Assembly (NCBI RefSeq): GCF_030028105.1
Contig: NC_092395.1
Location: 43,614,459 to 43,678,458, forward strand
Length of the DNA stretch: 64,000 nucleotides
Direction: 5' to 3'
Source of the DNA: Mobula birostris
Taxonomy: Eukaryota
Below, piece after piece: positions 38,200 through 50,500 of the stretch. Under the pieces are notes generated by a model that saw only the letters and a program-made list of their open reading frames with translations, searched no databases and had not been told where the DNA came from. The first letter of the stretch is position 1, and each line of letters starts with the position of its first letter. The position numbers were made by a program, and so were the translations under genes.

Positions 38200-39545
38200 A
38201 AGATTATTGAGTTGAGGCCTCAGTAGTGATCCTTCAAGAATCACTAGATTGTGTAATGGTTTTGGAACAACTGAAAATTATAAATGTTACTCTACTCCTT
38301 AAGAAGGGAAGAACGCAAAAAAACAGGAAATTATAGGCCAGTTAGTCTGACTTCAGAGGTTGGCAAAATGTTACAATTCATTATTAAAAATGAGTTTTGG
38401 GTAATTGGAGACACTTGATAAAATAGGCAAAAGTCAGCATGTTTTCTGAAAGGGAATTCTTGCCTGTGAAATCTGTTTGAATTCTTTGAGGAAATAACAA
38501 GTAGGATGGACAAAAGAGAGTTAGGGTAAGTTTTTTTACTTGGATTTTCAGAAGCGTTTAAGAAGGTGCCGCACATGAGGCTGATAAACAAGATAAGATC
38601 CCATAATATTGCAGGACAGATACTAGCATGGACAGTAGATTGGTTGACTGGCAGGAGACAAAGAGGGAGAATAAAGGGGACCTTTGGTGATTGCTGGTGA
38701 CTAGTAGTGTTCCACAGCAATCAATGTTGGGACCACATCTTTTCACATTATATGTCAATGATTTAGATGATGAAATTGATAGATTTATAGCCAAGTTTGT
38801 GGATGATACAGAGATAGGTGGAGGGGCAAGTAGTGTTGAAGATGCAGATAGTATGGAGAAGGACTTGGACAGATTAGGAAAATGGGCAAAGAAGTGGCAG
38901 ATGGAATGCATTTTAGGGACGTATATGGTCATACACTTCTGTCGACTATTTCCTTAATGGGGAACAATTTCAGAAATTAAACATGCAAAGAAACCTGGGA
39001 GTCTCAGAGCATGAATCCCAAAAGATTAAGTTGTAGGTTGTAATGCTGGGGCTTTATAAGGCATTGGTCATACTGCATGAGGAATATTGTGAGCAGTTTG
39101 GGGTCCCTTATCTGGAAATTTATATGCTGTCATTGGAGAGAAGGTTCACGAGAATGATCTCTGGAATGAAAGGGTTAACATACGTGTTGCGTTTGATGGG
39201 TCTGGACCTGTACTTGCTGGAGTTTTGAGGAATAGGGGTAGGCGGGTGTTGTAATCCCATTGAAACCTGTTGAATATTGAAAAGCCGAGTAGAGTGGACA
39301 TGATGAGGATATTTCCAATAGAGGGAGAATCTAGGACCGGAGAGCAGAGCCTCAGATTACAAGGATGTCACTTTAAAACAGAGCTGAGGAATTTATTTAG
39401 CCAGAGATAGGTGAACATGTGAAATTCATTACCCGAGACACTGTGGAGTCCATGTTAACTGGTATATTTAAAGCAGAGATTGATAGGTTCTTGATGAATA
39501 AGTGCATGGAAGTGTACAGGGAGAAGACAGGCAAATGGCGAGAAG
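38200..39545 (+). mobile_element. CR1 LINE ORF2 3' fragment, decayed
   Basis: VPQQSMLGPHLF..YVNDLD..KFVDDT; LYKALV..EYCEQF. Confidence 0.75.
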
Positions 39546-40848
39546 GATAATTAATCAACAATGGCAGGACAGACTCGATGGGCCAAGTGATCTAATTCAA
39601 CGACTGTGTTTCCTATAGTTATTGATGAAGCAGCAGGTGGAATGTACAGCATCAGGAAATGCTGCATTGATATCCTGGGACTGGGATGTTTGATATAGAA
39701 TAACCACAACATCTTATTCTGGTGAGATATGATTCCAGTCACTGCTATGTTTTCCTCATGACATCCATTGATTTCAGTGTTACCAGGACTTGATGACATG
39801 TTTGAGAACAAACGGACACTAATGGGGTTGCTCTTTTGGGAGCTGGCATGGTCCCAATGTGCTGAATGGCCTCATGATTTATTTTCATAAATTCCACCAT
39901 AAGACCATAGGGCAGAGGAGCAGAAACCGGCCATTCGGCTCATTGAATCGGTAGTACTATTCCATCGTTGTTGATTTGTTATCCCTCTCAAACCCATTCT
40001 TCTCCCTTCTCCCTGTAACCTTTGACACGTTTTCTAATCAAGAAAATATCAACCTCCATTTTATGTAGCGAGCCGGTGGGGAGGGAAAGAAAGGATCAAA
40101 GTAGGAACAGGTTTCGGGAAATAAATGCAATAGTGCTGTAAATGGAGAGAGGTTGAGAGTTCAGCCTAGGAAGCATTTGTTGGGGGTAGGAAGGAGAAGA
40201 GAGAAGACGGGAGTGCGGCTGAGACAGTAGAGGAAGGGGGATCAGGAACTAATGTGAAACAAATCCTTAACTATTCTGTCTCTGGACTCTTGCCTCCGCA
40301 CACTATCACCCAATAGATAGTCGAGGAACAGGATTAAACTTCTGACTGGGCAATTTTCATCCCTTGTGACCCAACTATTTCAGATCGCCGGACTTTCTAG
40401 TTTGTGTCAATATTGGTCACTTCTGACGAAGCCTCCTTAGCTCAGAACGTAACTACAATTTATTCTTCTCTCCGCCAATGCTGCCCAGGAGCCTGGAAAT
40501 TTGCAGCCACGATTATGTTCATTTCCTGTATCAACCTTCCCAAAACCAACTGCTTCGTTCTAATTTTACACCGCAGCCTTACAGTCAACCCATCAGCCTA
40601 TCCCCAATTCTCAACAATGGAACTTCCTTACCAAGCTGCCGCACAGATTTCCTAAACTTCACCAAGCCAGGTCACGAACCAGAGCCGAGAGAGGAATCAG
40701 CTCCCTCTTCCCTCCTCCCACTCTGTCAGAATTGGAAAAACACGAAAGATGACGAAACGCACACACTGGAATCGTTCCTGCACTGATCATATTTATTGGT
40801 AATTAATTATCGTCAGTCAGTCTAATTACGATAAGGAATCACAGAACA

Positions 40849-40854
40849 TTTATT
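40849..40854 (-). terminator. Polyadenylation signal of IgL cluster B
   Basis: tttatt about 280 nt past the stop; conserved in cluster A. Confidence 0.6.
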
Positions 40855-41136
40855 AATCATTCGAATTAATCCAAAACCAGTTTCAGAGAAAACCAAACAT
40901 CGCCTGAAATTTCCAGAAGACAAGTAACTGTGTGCTTTAACACCGTGTAGCCTCTCAGCAGGAAAAAAGAACATAATCAGCCTCGGGTACAAATATTCCA
41001 ACATCACAGTGGAAACTACAGACAGCGGAACAGAAGAAAAGTACAGAGAAGAGCGAGTAAGAGTGGTAGAGGTGAAAGATACAAGGCCATGATCTCCCGT
41101 TAATCGGGAACAAACAAGGCCGAAGCCGCGCTCTGT

Positions 41137-41459
41137 TTAACAGCTGGATTGTGTGACTGTTGCGGATATTGTCGAGGCTGCTCCTTGTTGAACTGAGCAG
41201 GAGTACCTCTTCCCACTGCTCCAGTCTGCGCCGGGCACCGTCAGGTAGCTGCTGAGACTGAAGGTTTTGTCCGCGTTCTGAGTCACCCCGCTGGTTTGCA
41301 CCTCACTGCTCGTCGGACGGTTGTTCACTGTCCAGCTGACGACAGGGAAGCCGATCGACAATTTACTGACCAGGCAAACTAAGGTGCCCGATCCTTTAGC
41401 GGAGATCTCCTCGGCTGACGGCCCAAGTAGTTTCACTGAAGGGTCTGGGAGCTGCCGAT
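41137..41459 (-). CDS. Ig light-chain constant exon, cluster B (exon 3 of the intact gene)
   Basis: Acceptor ttgcag (41460-41461), phase 1; (D)RQLPDPSVKLLGPSAEEISAKGSGTLVCLVSKLSIG..YSCSVQQ..TQSSC-TAA. Exons 46+360+323 = 729 nt = 242 aa plus stop. Confidence 0.95.
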
Positions 41460-41666
41460 CTGCAACGGGTACAAGAGAAAACGTGTTTCAAGTCGCAGAA
41501 GAGCTCTCGTCATTTCGCAGTTTGACAGAGGCGTAATTAAAAGGTTTCAACTTCATTGTGTTGAACCCAGAGTCTCACCAAGGGACAAGACAGTGCCCAT
41601 GGAGGACGGTGCATGAAGGTCAACACGGAAAAACTAGAAATCTACTGCAACCGGTGAGGCTGTTAG

Positions 41667-41841
41667 ACCCCCTCCTGTCTTCTCCTATCATTTTGGATCT
41701 CCCCCTCCCCCTCCAACTTTCAAATCCCTTACTCACTCTTCCTTCAGTTAGTCCTGACGAAGGGTCTCGGCCTGAAACGTCGACTGCACCGCTTCCTAGA
41801 GATGCTGCCTGGCCTGCTGCGTTCACCAGCAACTTTTATGT
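41667..41841 (+). mobile_element. 175-bp Penelope-derived insertion in the J-C intron
   Basis: Exact 13-bp TSD GTGAGGCTGTTAG at 41654-41666 and 41842-41854; absent from the paralogous site (about 1440); pyrimidine tract, hammerhead and gatgctgcctggcctgctg module. Confidence 0.85.
41749..41786 (+). ncRNA. Minimal type I hammerhead ribozyme motif
   Basis: Stem I (t)agtc/gact(g); core CTGACGA 41754-41760; stem II AGG/CCT; GAAA 41774-41777; palindromic ACGT in place of stem III; GUC triplet with predicted cleavage after 41781. Confidence 0.7.
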
Positions 41842-42791
41842 GTGAGGCTGTTAGTCTCTGAGTCATTCCCGGAGTTAAGAGACACACTGGCATCAAAGCG
41901 CCCCAGAGTAGATTAATGTGCCCACTCTCGGTGCCATCAGTGACATATTCCTTCTCTTCCCTCCAGCTCGCCCACCCATCATTAATGAGAATATATATGT
42001 TACAATCTGCTCTGCCCCAGTGGGCGAGGGCACTAAATGCGCGGTCCTGAGCTCCATGGAGCGGGTCAGGGTAAGACCGCTCTGTGACCTGTGATAATGT
42101 CGAACGATTCGGCTCCCACTCACATGGGGGACGGGAGGCTGGATTCTCCGCAGAATCTGAGCACTGGCCACAGTCGGTGTAGTGACCGGGATCGATGAGC
42201 AACGGTTCCTGGGAAGGAGCAGCTCTCACGTGAGTCAGTGGCAGGAGAGAGAAGACAAGGACTGGGCAGTGGGAGAGGGTCCTTTAACGGATGGGTGCTG
42301 GAGGAGAGTTCCGCCCTCACTGGGAGGGCAGGACGTCTCGCTGGAAAATTCGAATTAATAACTTGAAACTTGTCGTTCTGCTGTGTTTGCAACTATGGGC
42401 TGTCTTCAGCCGGCAGTGCCCTATCCCCACTGACAACTTTGGCCCCACTTTAGGAAGATGGATCCCTTCACGTCCGTTCCAATTAAACCAACACAAAAAC
42501 AGACAAACTAAAACTAGGGCAGAAGTAAAACGAATGAACAGAAAGTTTGTCCGAATCATGGTTTGTCCGAAACACACAACTGAAAAGAGAAATGCTTCAT
42601 TAACATACGGAAACAATTCTCCGAACCCAACTCTATCGATTAAAACTGATACTGCTCGCGAACACGATTAGACTGTAAATCAACATTTTCATTGTAAAAT
42701 TCGCTAGGTAACTATAACTTATAACTTGTTAATTGACGGGTGACCGTATTTATGGCGAGGTCGCCGCAGGAGATATTTATCGGACACTTAC

Positions 42792-43151
42792 CTGTAACAA
42801 AGAGCTTGGTCCCTGGGCCGAATACCCCGTAGCTACTACCAGTTGAAAACCCCTTTCCGCAGTAATAGACGGCAGCGTCACTCATCTCCATGTTTTTTAT
42901 GATTAACTGGTAAACGGTGCCGGCGCTGTTGACTGTCGACGTGAAACGGTCGCTGCTAAACCCAGGCCCGTAGGTCGGGGCGCTGTCCGAGTGACGGTAG
43001 TACAGGATCCATTGTGGAACTGTTCCCGGTGTCTGCTTGTACCAACCTACATAATAGCCATCCTTTGTTCCGACGTTACAACTCAGCGTGGCCGTGGCTC
43101 CTGGACTCACCGACACGGTCGGAGGCTGAGTCAGCGTCTGGGACTCTCCAG
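42792..43151 (-). CDS. Germline-joined in-frame VJ exon, cluster B, sigma-cart (type I/NS5)-like
   Basis: Acceptor cacag (43152-43153), donor ACAG|gtaagt (42790-42791); SQTLTQPPTVSVSPGATATLSCNVGTKDGYYVGWYKQ..WILYYRHSDSAPTYGPGFSSDRFTST..DAAVYYCGKGFSTGSSYGVFGPGTKLFVT. The long CDR2 fits the sigma group. No RSS. Confidence 0.94.
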
Positions 43152-43237
43152 CTGTGAAAAATCAGAAATTCAACTTTAGCCATTGACTATTTAATGTGAC
43201 CCCAAGACCCACCTCAGCAACCAGTGACAGTACTTAC

Positions 43238-43283
43238 AGCCCAGCCACACTGCCAGAGACCAGAAAAAGCACAGCGTCCGCAT
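43238..43283 (-). CDS. Leader exon, cluster B
   Basis: MRTLCFFWSLAVWLG+T, donor gtaagt at 43236-43237; 86-nt intron to V. Confidence 0.92.
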
Positions 43284-43363
43284 CGTTACTGCCCGTCAGC
43301 TTCCTGCCTCCTGTCTGTCGGTGGATCTGAGACTGATTGGCCGCCGCTGCCAATGGAGCCAAG

Positions 43364-43405
43364 TTATAGAGCCATTCACACCGGGGAGGAAATCGATGCA
43401 AATCA
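43364..43405 (-). promoter_or_regulatory. IgL promoter B: TGATTTGCAT decamer/octamer and TATA box
   Basis: atgcaaatca 43396-43405 and ttata 43364-43368. Confidence 0.88.
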
Positions 43406-43629
43406 GGGTGACTGACACTGACCAACCAGAGCGGGGGTCGAAAACCCCCCCATATGCTGTCACGTACCAACATGTTGAGGCGGCGGCATTGTTCGCAACT
43501 GACTGATCTGTTAAAAACAATTTGCGAATGAAAAAGTGATTCATTAACATTTCCCAAACTATGCCTTCATTTCCCTGATTACTTCCTTCAGTTCACAGAT
43601 GCCCCTCACACCTCCAGTGACAACAGGGC

Positions 43630-43770
43630 AGGACAGTGCAAGCTGTTGAAGGGTCTCGGCCCGAAACGTCGACTGTACTGTAGTCCATTGATGCTGCCTG
43701 GCCTGTTGGGTTCCTCCAGCATTTCGCGTGTGTTGCTTGGATTTCCAGCAACTGTAGACCTTATCTGCTT
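43630..43770 (+). mobile_element. Penelope-like module with mutated hammerhead core
   Basis: ctgttga agggtctcggccc gaaacgtc gactg; paralogue of 3240-3372. Confidence 0.6.
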
Positions 43771-43889
43771 TGTGATAGAGCAGTGCAGGCTTCCTGTTCC
43801 CGCATCAGTCATTCAGTCATGGAGTTCAAACCCACTTTGGCAGTTTGAGGGTTTGAATTCGTTCTATCTGTAGGGATTTAGATCAGTGC

Positions 43890-44245
43890 GGAAAGTATTG
43901 ACCATGAATGTAAGAATTGAAAGGTTTATTCTTGTAAATGTTTTTTTCAGTGTGAATAAAGTTTATTTTGATGTGAAATCTAACCTGTACGACGGCAATT
44001 TAGCGTTCTCCCGCTACTGGAGAGAGAGAAGCCGGACTGGGTGTGGAAGCCCCTCAATTATTGTCGCAGTGTATCACCGAGGGGCCCGTGAGTGGCAACA
44101 GCCCTATTAGCTTTAAGGAATGTAAAGGACAGAACTGAAAGCATTGGCCATGAATGTAAGAATGAAATGACATTACATTTAATTTTTGTAAGTACTTTTC
44201 ATTATGAATAAAGTTGACTTTTGTGTAAAATAACCTGTCTGACAG
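43890..44245 (+). mobile_element. Two tandem Tx1-type 3' termini
   Basis: About 100-bp unit gaaagyattgrccatgaatgtaagaat..tgaataaagtt..taacctgt at about 43891 and 44138; the spacer resembles the Tx1 end at 5940-6000. Confidence 0.45.
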
Positions 44246-44989
44246 ACTGCGCCGGGCCGGTATATCCCAATTGCGGAGAGAGTACCTGGACCCTGGACAA
44301 CGGTAAGTAGGGACCATTCGCGTTGCTCTGGTATTTGTCAAGGCTCGACAAAACTCGAACAACAGGAACGAAGTAAACTGCCATCACAATGAAACTCAAA
44401 TTAGCGGGAACGTGCATATTTACGAGCACGATTGCCGAACCTGTTCCACAACCCGCCTTTGAGGACGCGCAGTCCCTGCGGCAGAGCCCGTGGTTGTGAC
44501 ATGTACTACAGAAATGCCACAGTCAGCACAGCCTCCCGGAATTTGCTGTCCTCTGTCCCCAGGCGACAGAAAGCGGGAGAGTCAGGACCAAACAGTGACC
44601 CGGAGGAGCTGACTGGCTCCAACCATTCGTTCGAATCGAATAAAAATCTCAGAACCGGTAGTTTACGATACTCGGCTCCGAGGGACCTGCTGCAAGTGCA
44701 CAATGCTGTGCTTCTAACTGGCGCTTGGCAGACTCCATGAAAACGGGTATGCACTTTTTTTTAATATTAAAAAAAGGGCAACCAGAGCTTTATAGCTGAC
44801 CTGCTAGAAAATTCTACTTTCAAACTTTTCACGTTTAAACACAGATCAAAAGCGAAATACAGCAGAAACAATTCTGATGGTGTCCGCTGGAGAGAGAAAC
44901 AGGGTTCCCATATCTGACTTTCATCAGAGGCAATGATATCTTTTTTTATATTTCGAAGGCCAGTTGAGTTTCAGCTATCAATCAGTCTG

Positions 44990-45705
44990 GTCAGTGTGGA
45001 GGATCAGACGGATCTTGATGTCTGAGTCCATAGGGCACTCAAAGCTGCTGCGTAGGTTGACTCTGTGGTTAAGAAAGCATATGGTGTATTGGCCTTCATC
45101 AGTCGTGGGATTAAGTATAAGAGCTGAGAGGTAATGTTGCAGCTCTATAGGACCCTGGTCAGACCCCACTTGGAGTACTGTGCTCAGTTCTGGTCGCCTC
45201 ACTACAGGAAGGATGTGGAAACCAGAGAAGGGTGCAGTGGAGATATGCAAGGATGTTGCCTGGATCGGGCAGGATGCCTTATGAGAACAGGTTGAGTGAA
45301 CTCGGCCTTCTTTCCTTGGAGCGATGGAGGATGAGAGGTGATGTGATAGAGGTGATGAGAAGCATTGATAGTGTGGATGGTCAGAGGCTTTTTCCCTGGG
45401 CTGAAATGGCTAGCATGAGTGAGCAAAGTTTTAAGGTGCTTGGAAGTAGGTACAGAGGAGATGTCAAGGGTAAGTCTTTATGCAGTGAGTGCTGAGTGCA
45501 TGGAATGGGATGCCAGCGATGATGGTGGAGGTGGATATGATAGGGTCTTTTAAGAGATGCCTTGACAGGTACATCGAGCTCAGAAAAGTAGAGTGCTATG
45601 GGTAACCTGAGATAATTTCTAAGGTAAGGACATGTTTGGCACAACTTGGTGGGCCGAAGGGCTTGTATTGTGCTGTAGGTTTTTTTATGTTTCTGTGGTT
45701 CTATG
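44990..45705 (+). mobile_element. CR1 3' fragment (copy B only)
   Basis: Closely similar to 26490-27212; ttctatg tail. Confidence 0.8.
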
Positions 45706-46737
45706 AATAAATTCACAACATTTTGCTGTACAGGCTGCTTTTTTGTGGCTCTTTTGAATGATTGCTTATTTTTCTTTCAGTCACATTGTGTAAACTTTCG
45801 GAAATGAAAGCCACTTCCAAACATGTCTGCCAGCACTTTACAGGAGTGATGGCTTGTGAGCTTTTTACATTTCATTACTCATTGATAAATCTGGAAAGCC
45901 CCATGCAATTGGAGAAGAACAGATTTAGCCAGCTGTAAGGAAGCTTCTGAGTACAGTTTTGCATAAATCACCAGACCAAATAATTGAAGCCAGTGACAAC
46001 TCTTTTAAAAGATGAATAGATGAAATATCTGAGAATGTGGAAGACACAGTGGAAAACAGAATCTGTTCTCCTCCTTGTTTGTCTACTGCATAGAGCTTTT
46101 GTTGAAATGCAAACCCCATTTCTCTAGTTTTGAAATGACCTGGACCACCCTTTGATTCATCCGGGAATCCAAGATGGAGTGAATAAGACTGATCACAATG
46201 CACAAGTCCTTGGACAACTGAGGCAATAACATATGTAATGTCGTCCTCAACCTGATGAGGATATTCATTTGTGGTTGCTTTAGACTCTCTGTGGAAGACT
46301 CTAAGTATGTGGGCACCAAGTACCATTATCAAAGTTTTCTCTATTCCTGGCATTGAGAAGGACAAGTATGGCACCTTTGTCACACAATGTCCCAGTCAGC
46401 TGGACACTCGCTGCAGCCACTTGTAAGGGCTTGGTGGTGAAATACCACACCACAGTGGAGGGTTCTTCCGCGAAGGGAAAGAGAGAGACCAGGTTGGTGA
46501 AGAAGCTCCAGAATTGTTGCACTCAGTATACCACCCCAGGAAAGGGCAAAAGTGGGAACAGTGTTATTGGCTTTAAGGAATTTAACTGAACACTACTTAA
46601 CACCTTTTGAAAAAAATGACAAGGCATGGCATGGTTCATTTATCAGAATATTGTTATGAATATAGATGCTGCCTGGCCTGCTGAGTTCCTCCAGCAATTT
46701 GTATGTGTTGCTGTCACAATATTGCATGTATCTATGC

Positions 46738-47567
46738 TGTTACGTACCCCGTAACTGGGTTGCCAAACCAGCAGAACTGGAATGCTTGTTGGAGTCTGGA
46801 TTACTAGGGACTAATAAAATTTTATTAAAGAAATAAGTAATACAGTACACTAATCGTAAGGATATCAATGTAACAGGTTAGCAATGATAATACACACATA
46901 TACACAGAACTAGGGTAATAGGAATCAACCAAGCTCTATCGCAGTCTAGGGGTAAAATGATCAGTCTTAAGTGAAGCAGAGTTCAGTTCAGTTTAGTGCA
47001 GTTCGCAGTAATCGCTGTTGTCGTACCGTTGGAGAGAGAGAGAGATGCACTTTGGTTTCAGGCAGACCTTTTGATGTCTTCGCAGTTGGTTTCGGGCAGA
47101 CCTTTTGATGTCTTCTAATCCCGCTGTGGTCACCGACTGTGACCCCTCCATTCCGGATATGATCTTTCTTCGCGGCGAACCCGGCACACAGGCAAGGGCG
47201 GACACACACCCCAGGTTCCCACTGATCGTACCTTTACACCCTGTGAGCCTCTAGTCGGTTCCCGCGAACCGGTCCTCCAAGCTCCCATCAACTTGTGGGG
47301 CCACACTGCTCTTTCCAGGGTCTCGTGGTGTGTGTCGTGCCTTAGTAATCCTGCTCCTTTTATCCCCCTGCTGGGTTATCACCTGTCCATCAAACTTCAA
47401 AGAGTTCAGGTTCAAAGCGACCGGTCTGTCAATATCTGAATTGTGTTTCTTTCCCGTTAATCCCTCTCTTCTCTCTTATTAGCATTTTGAATGTTTCTCC
47501 ATTGTCTTTCTTATCTCTCTGATTAGCATCACCCGTCCGGTAGCTCTGCTGGGTGTCTCACATGACA
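46738..47567 (-). repeat. 3' LTR of the Gmr1 element
   Basis: 13 differences from the other LTR in the first about 290 nt; two copies of a 34-bp internal unit (47054-47121). Confidence 0.93.
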
Positions 47568-50500
47568 CCCCCACCCTTAAAAGGATTTTTACCAGGGTAA
47601 AAATTATGGGTATGAATGCACATTATTATATACACACTAATATACAGGTAGTCATCAGATATTTGGCTAATACAGAGAACTTTAAGTTTTAACACCTTGA
47701 CAGACAGTCAGCAATCACATTGTCCGTTCTTTTTATATGTTTTATCTTAATATCATATTCCTGTATGACCAGGCTCCAACTTAGTAAGCATTTGTTTTTA
47801 TCCTTCATTGTGGCCAAAAACACTAATGGATTGTGATCAGTGTAATTATCAATGGTTTCCGTGCCACACAAATATAAACCTTAAAATGTTGTAATGCTAG
47901 TATGATTGCCAGTAATTCCTTCTCCACAGTGGAATAATTTATCTGATGGACATTAAACTTCTTAGAAAAATAAGTTATTGGGTGTTCAGTTTCCTCTTTG
48001 TCTGTCTGCAACAGCACCGCCCCGGCTGCTTCATCGCTAGCATCTGTTGCTAGGGAGAAGGGTTTTGAAAAGTCAGGCGCATTCAATACAGGGTGGTGAC
48101 ACAGAATGTCCTTCAGACTCTCGAAGGCTTGTTGACAAAGGTCGTTCCACATATACTTCGCCTTCTTCGGCAAGAGCTTAGTAAGAGGGAGGGTAATATC
48201 CACAAAGTTTTTGTAAAATTTCCCATAGTACCCCACCATTCCCAAGAACCTTCTCAGGGCTCTCTTGTCTGTCGGGCTGGGAACTTCAGAGATAGCCTGC
48301 ATCGGTGCCAGCTGCCCCTGTCGTGCCACATATCCCAGATAAGTGACCTTAGCGTGGCCGAACTCACTTTTTGCTAGGTTCACTGTCAGGTTGGCTTCAG
48401 ACAGCATTTAAACAGTTTCCCTACTGCCACAATGTGCTCCTCCCACGTGTCACGCCAGACCACTAAGTCATCGATATACGCTTCTGCGTTCTTTAACCCT
48501 TTTATCACTGAATTAATCATCCTTTGGAAGGTCCCTGGGGCATTTTTCATGCCAAAAGATAAAACATTATACTCGTATAACCTGAATGGAGTGACAAATG
48601 CTGAGATTTCTCCAGCCCGGTCGGTTAAAGGAACACACCAGTACCCTTTCAGCAAATCGACCTCTGTGATGTACTTAACTCTCCCCACTTTATCGATACA
48701 ATCGTCTACCCTTGGGATGGGATAAGCATCAGTTTTTGTGATGGCGTTCACCTCTCTGTAATCTGTACAGAATCGTATGCTCCCATCGACTTTCATGACA
48801 ACCACACAAGGAGCTGCCTATTTCGATTTGGATGGTCCAGTAATACCTGTGGCTAGCATGTGTTTAATTTCTTTTTCCACTAGCTTGCCCTTCTCCAAGT
48901 TCATCCTATAGGGGTGTTGCTTAATAGGCTGGTCTGATGTGACAACAACATCATGTACTGTCCCCTTGCATCGCCTCGGGACATCCAGACATACATCTGC
49001 ATGCCGGTTAGTTAGCTTTATCAGCGACTCACTCTGTTTGGGGTTTAAGTGAGAGACCTTATCAGCAAAGTTGACCAAAACAATAGAGTTCTCCAATCTG
49101 GTCGGCACCATATTTATCTCTTCAAGATGGGTTTTCCCCTTAACATTTGGCACCCCAGCCTCATTAATTTTCGTGGTAACACCAACTAGATCTTCTTTCT
49201 GATTTTGGTAAGCTTTTAACATATTAATGTGTACTAATTGGGTTGGCTTACGCCAGTCCGGCGCTTCGATAACGTAATTCAAAGAGTCTATCTTTTTAAT
49301 CACTTTGAACGGACCATGGAATCTCACCTGGAGGGGGGTGGTTACTACTGGAGGCAGAACTAAGACTCAATCACCCACTTGAAACACTTGCTCGTGGGCA
49401 CATCTATCATACCAATGTTTCATTTTAGTTTGGGAGTGTCGTAGAGTTTCTTTGGCAAGGTCACAGATCCTTTTAAGCCTCTTGCGAAATTTTAAAGCAT
49501 AGTCAATCACATTGACTTCTACTGTCAGACTGGACCATTGCTCTTTCAGTAAGGTCAGGGGTCCTCTGTGCCAATGACCGAAGACGAGCTCGAATGGGCT
49601 GAACCCCAATGACTCCTGAACCGTGTCCCTTATGGCAAATAACAGAAGAGGCAACGCATCATCCCACCTCCAGCTTTCTCTTGACAATAAATTTTAATCA
49701 TGGTCTTTAATGTTGTGTGGAATCTTTCCAATGCCCCTTGGGACTCTGGGTGGTATGCTGAGACCAAAATCTGCTTTGCTCCCATATCATCCAACATCCG
49801 TCGGAATGTGTGAGATGTGAAGACACTCCTCTGATCTGACTGGATTTCCCTGGGCAGCCCCACCGTGGTGAAAAATTTCACAAGCGCCTTTACCACTGCA
49901 GGAGCCTTGACGCTTGCCAGGGGCGCAACCTCTGGAAACCTGGTGGCGGTGCACATCATAGTCATCACATACTCTTGCCCACTCACAGTTCTGGGCAGGG
50001 GACAGACAAAATCCACAATTATTCGGGAAAAGGTTCCCCGAAAGCGGGTATCGGTCGAAGGGGCACTTTAGGCAGGACCTGGTTCGGCTTTCCTACCACC
50101 TGACATAAATGACACCATCTACAGTATTCAATAATATCCTTCCTCATGTTCAGCCAGTAAAACTCTTTCATAATCCTATCGACTGTTTTCCTCACCCCAA
50201 AATGTCCTCCAAGGGGTATCTTGTGTGCCAGGTTAAAAATCTCGTCCCTGTAAATTTTTGGCACTACCACCTGGTGCACCACCCCCCACTCCTCATCTGC
50301 AGGCACGGTATTTGGTCTCCACTTCCTCATCAGTACTCGCTCCTTCACATAATAGCCCACTGGTTCCCTTTTTATTTCTGCTTCGGAGAGAGCTGTCTCT
50401 GTCAAAACCATCAGCTCCTCATCTCATTCCTGTGTCTGTATAAATTCCTTCCTCACTAATGATAAATCTGCCTCAATTCCCTCACTTCCTTCCGCTCCAC

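Noticed and set aside
40423-40451. CTGACGA-AGC..GCT-cagaacgta as another hammerhead
   Set aside because: GAAA is broken, stem I is not supported and the paralogue at the window start has lost the core.
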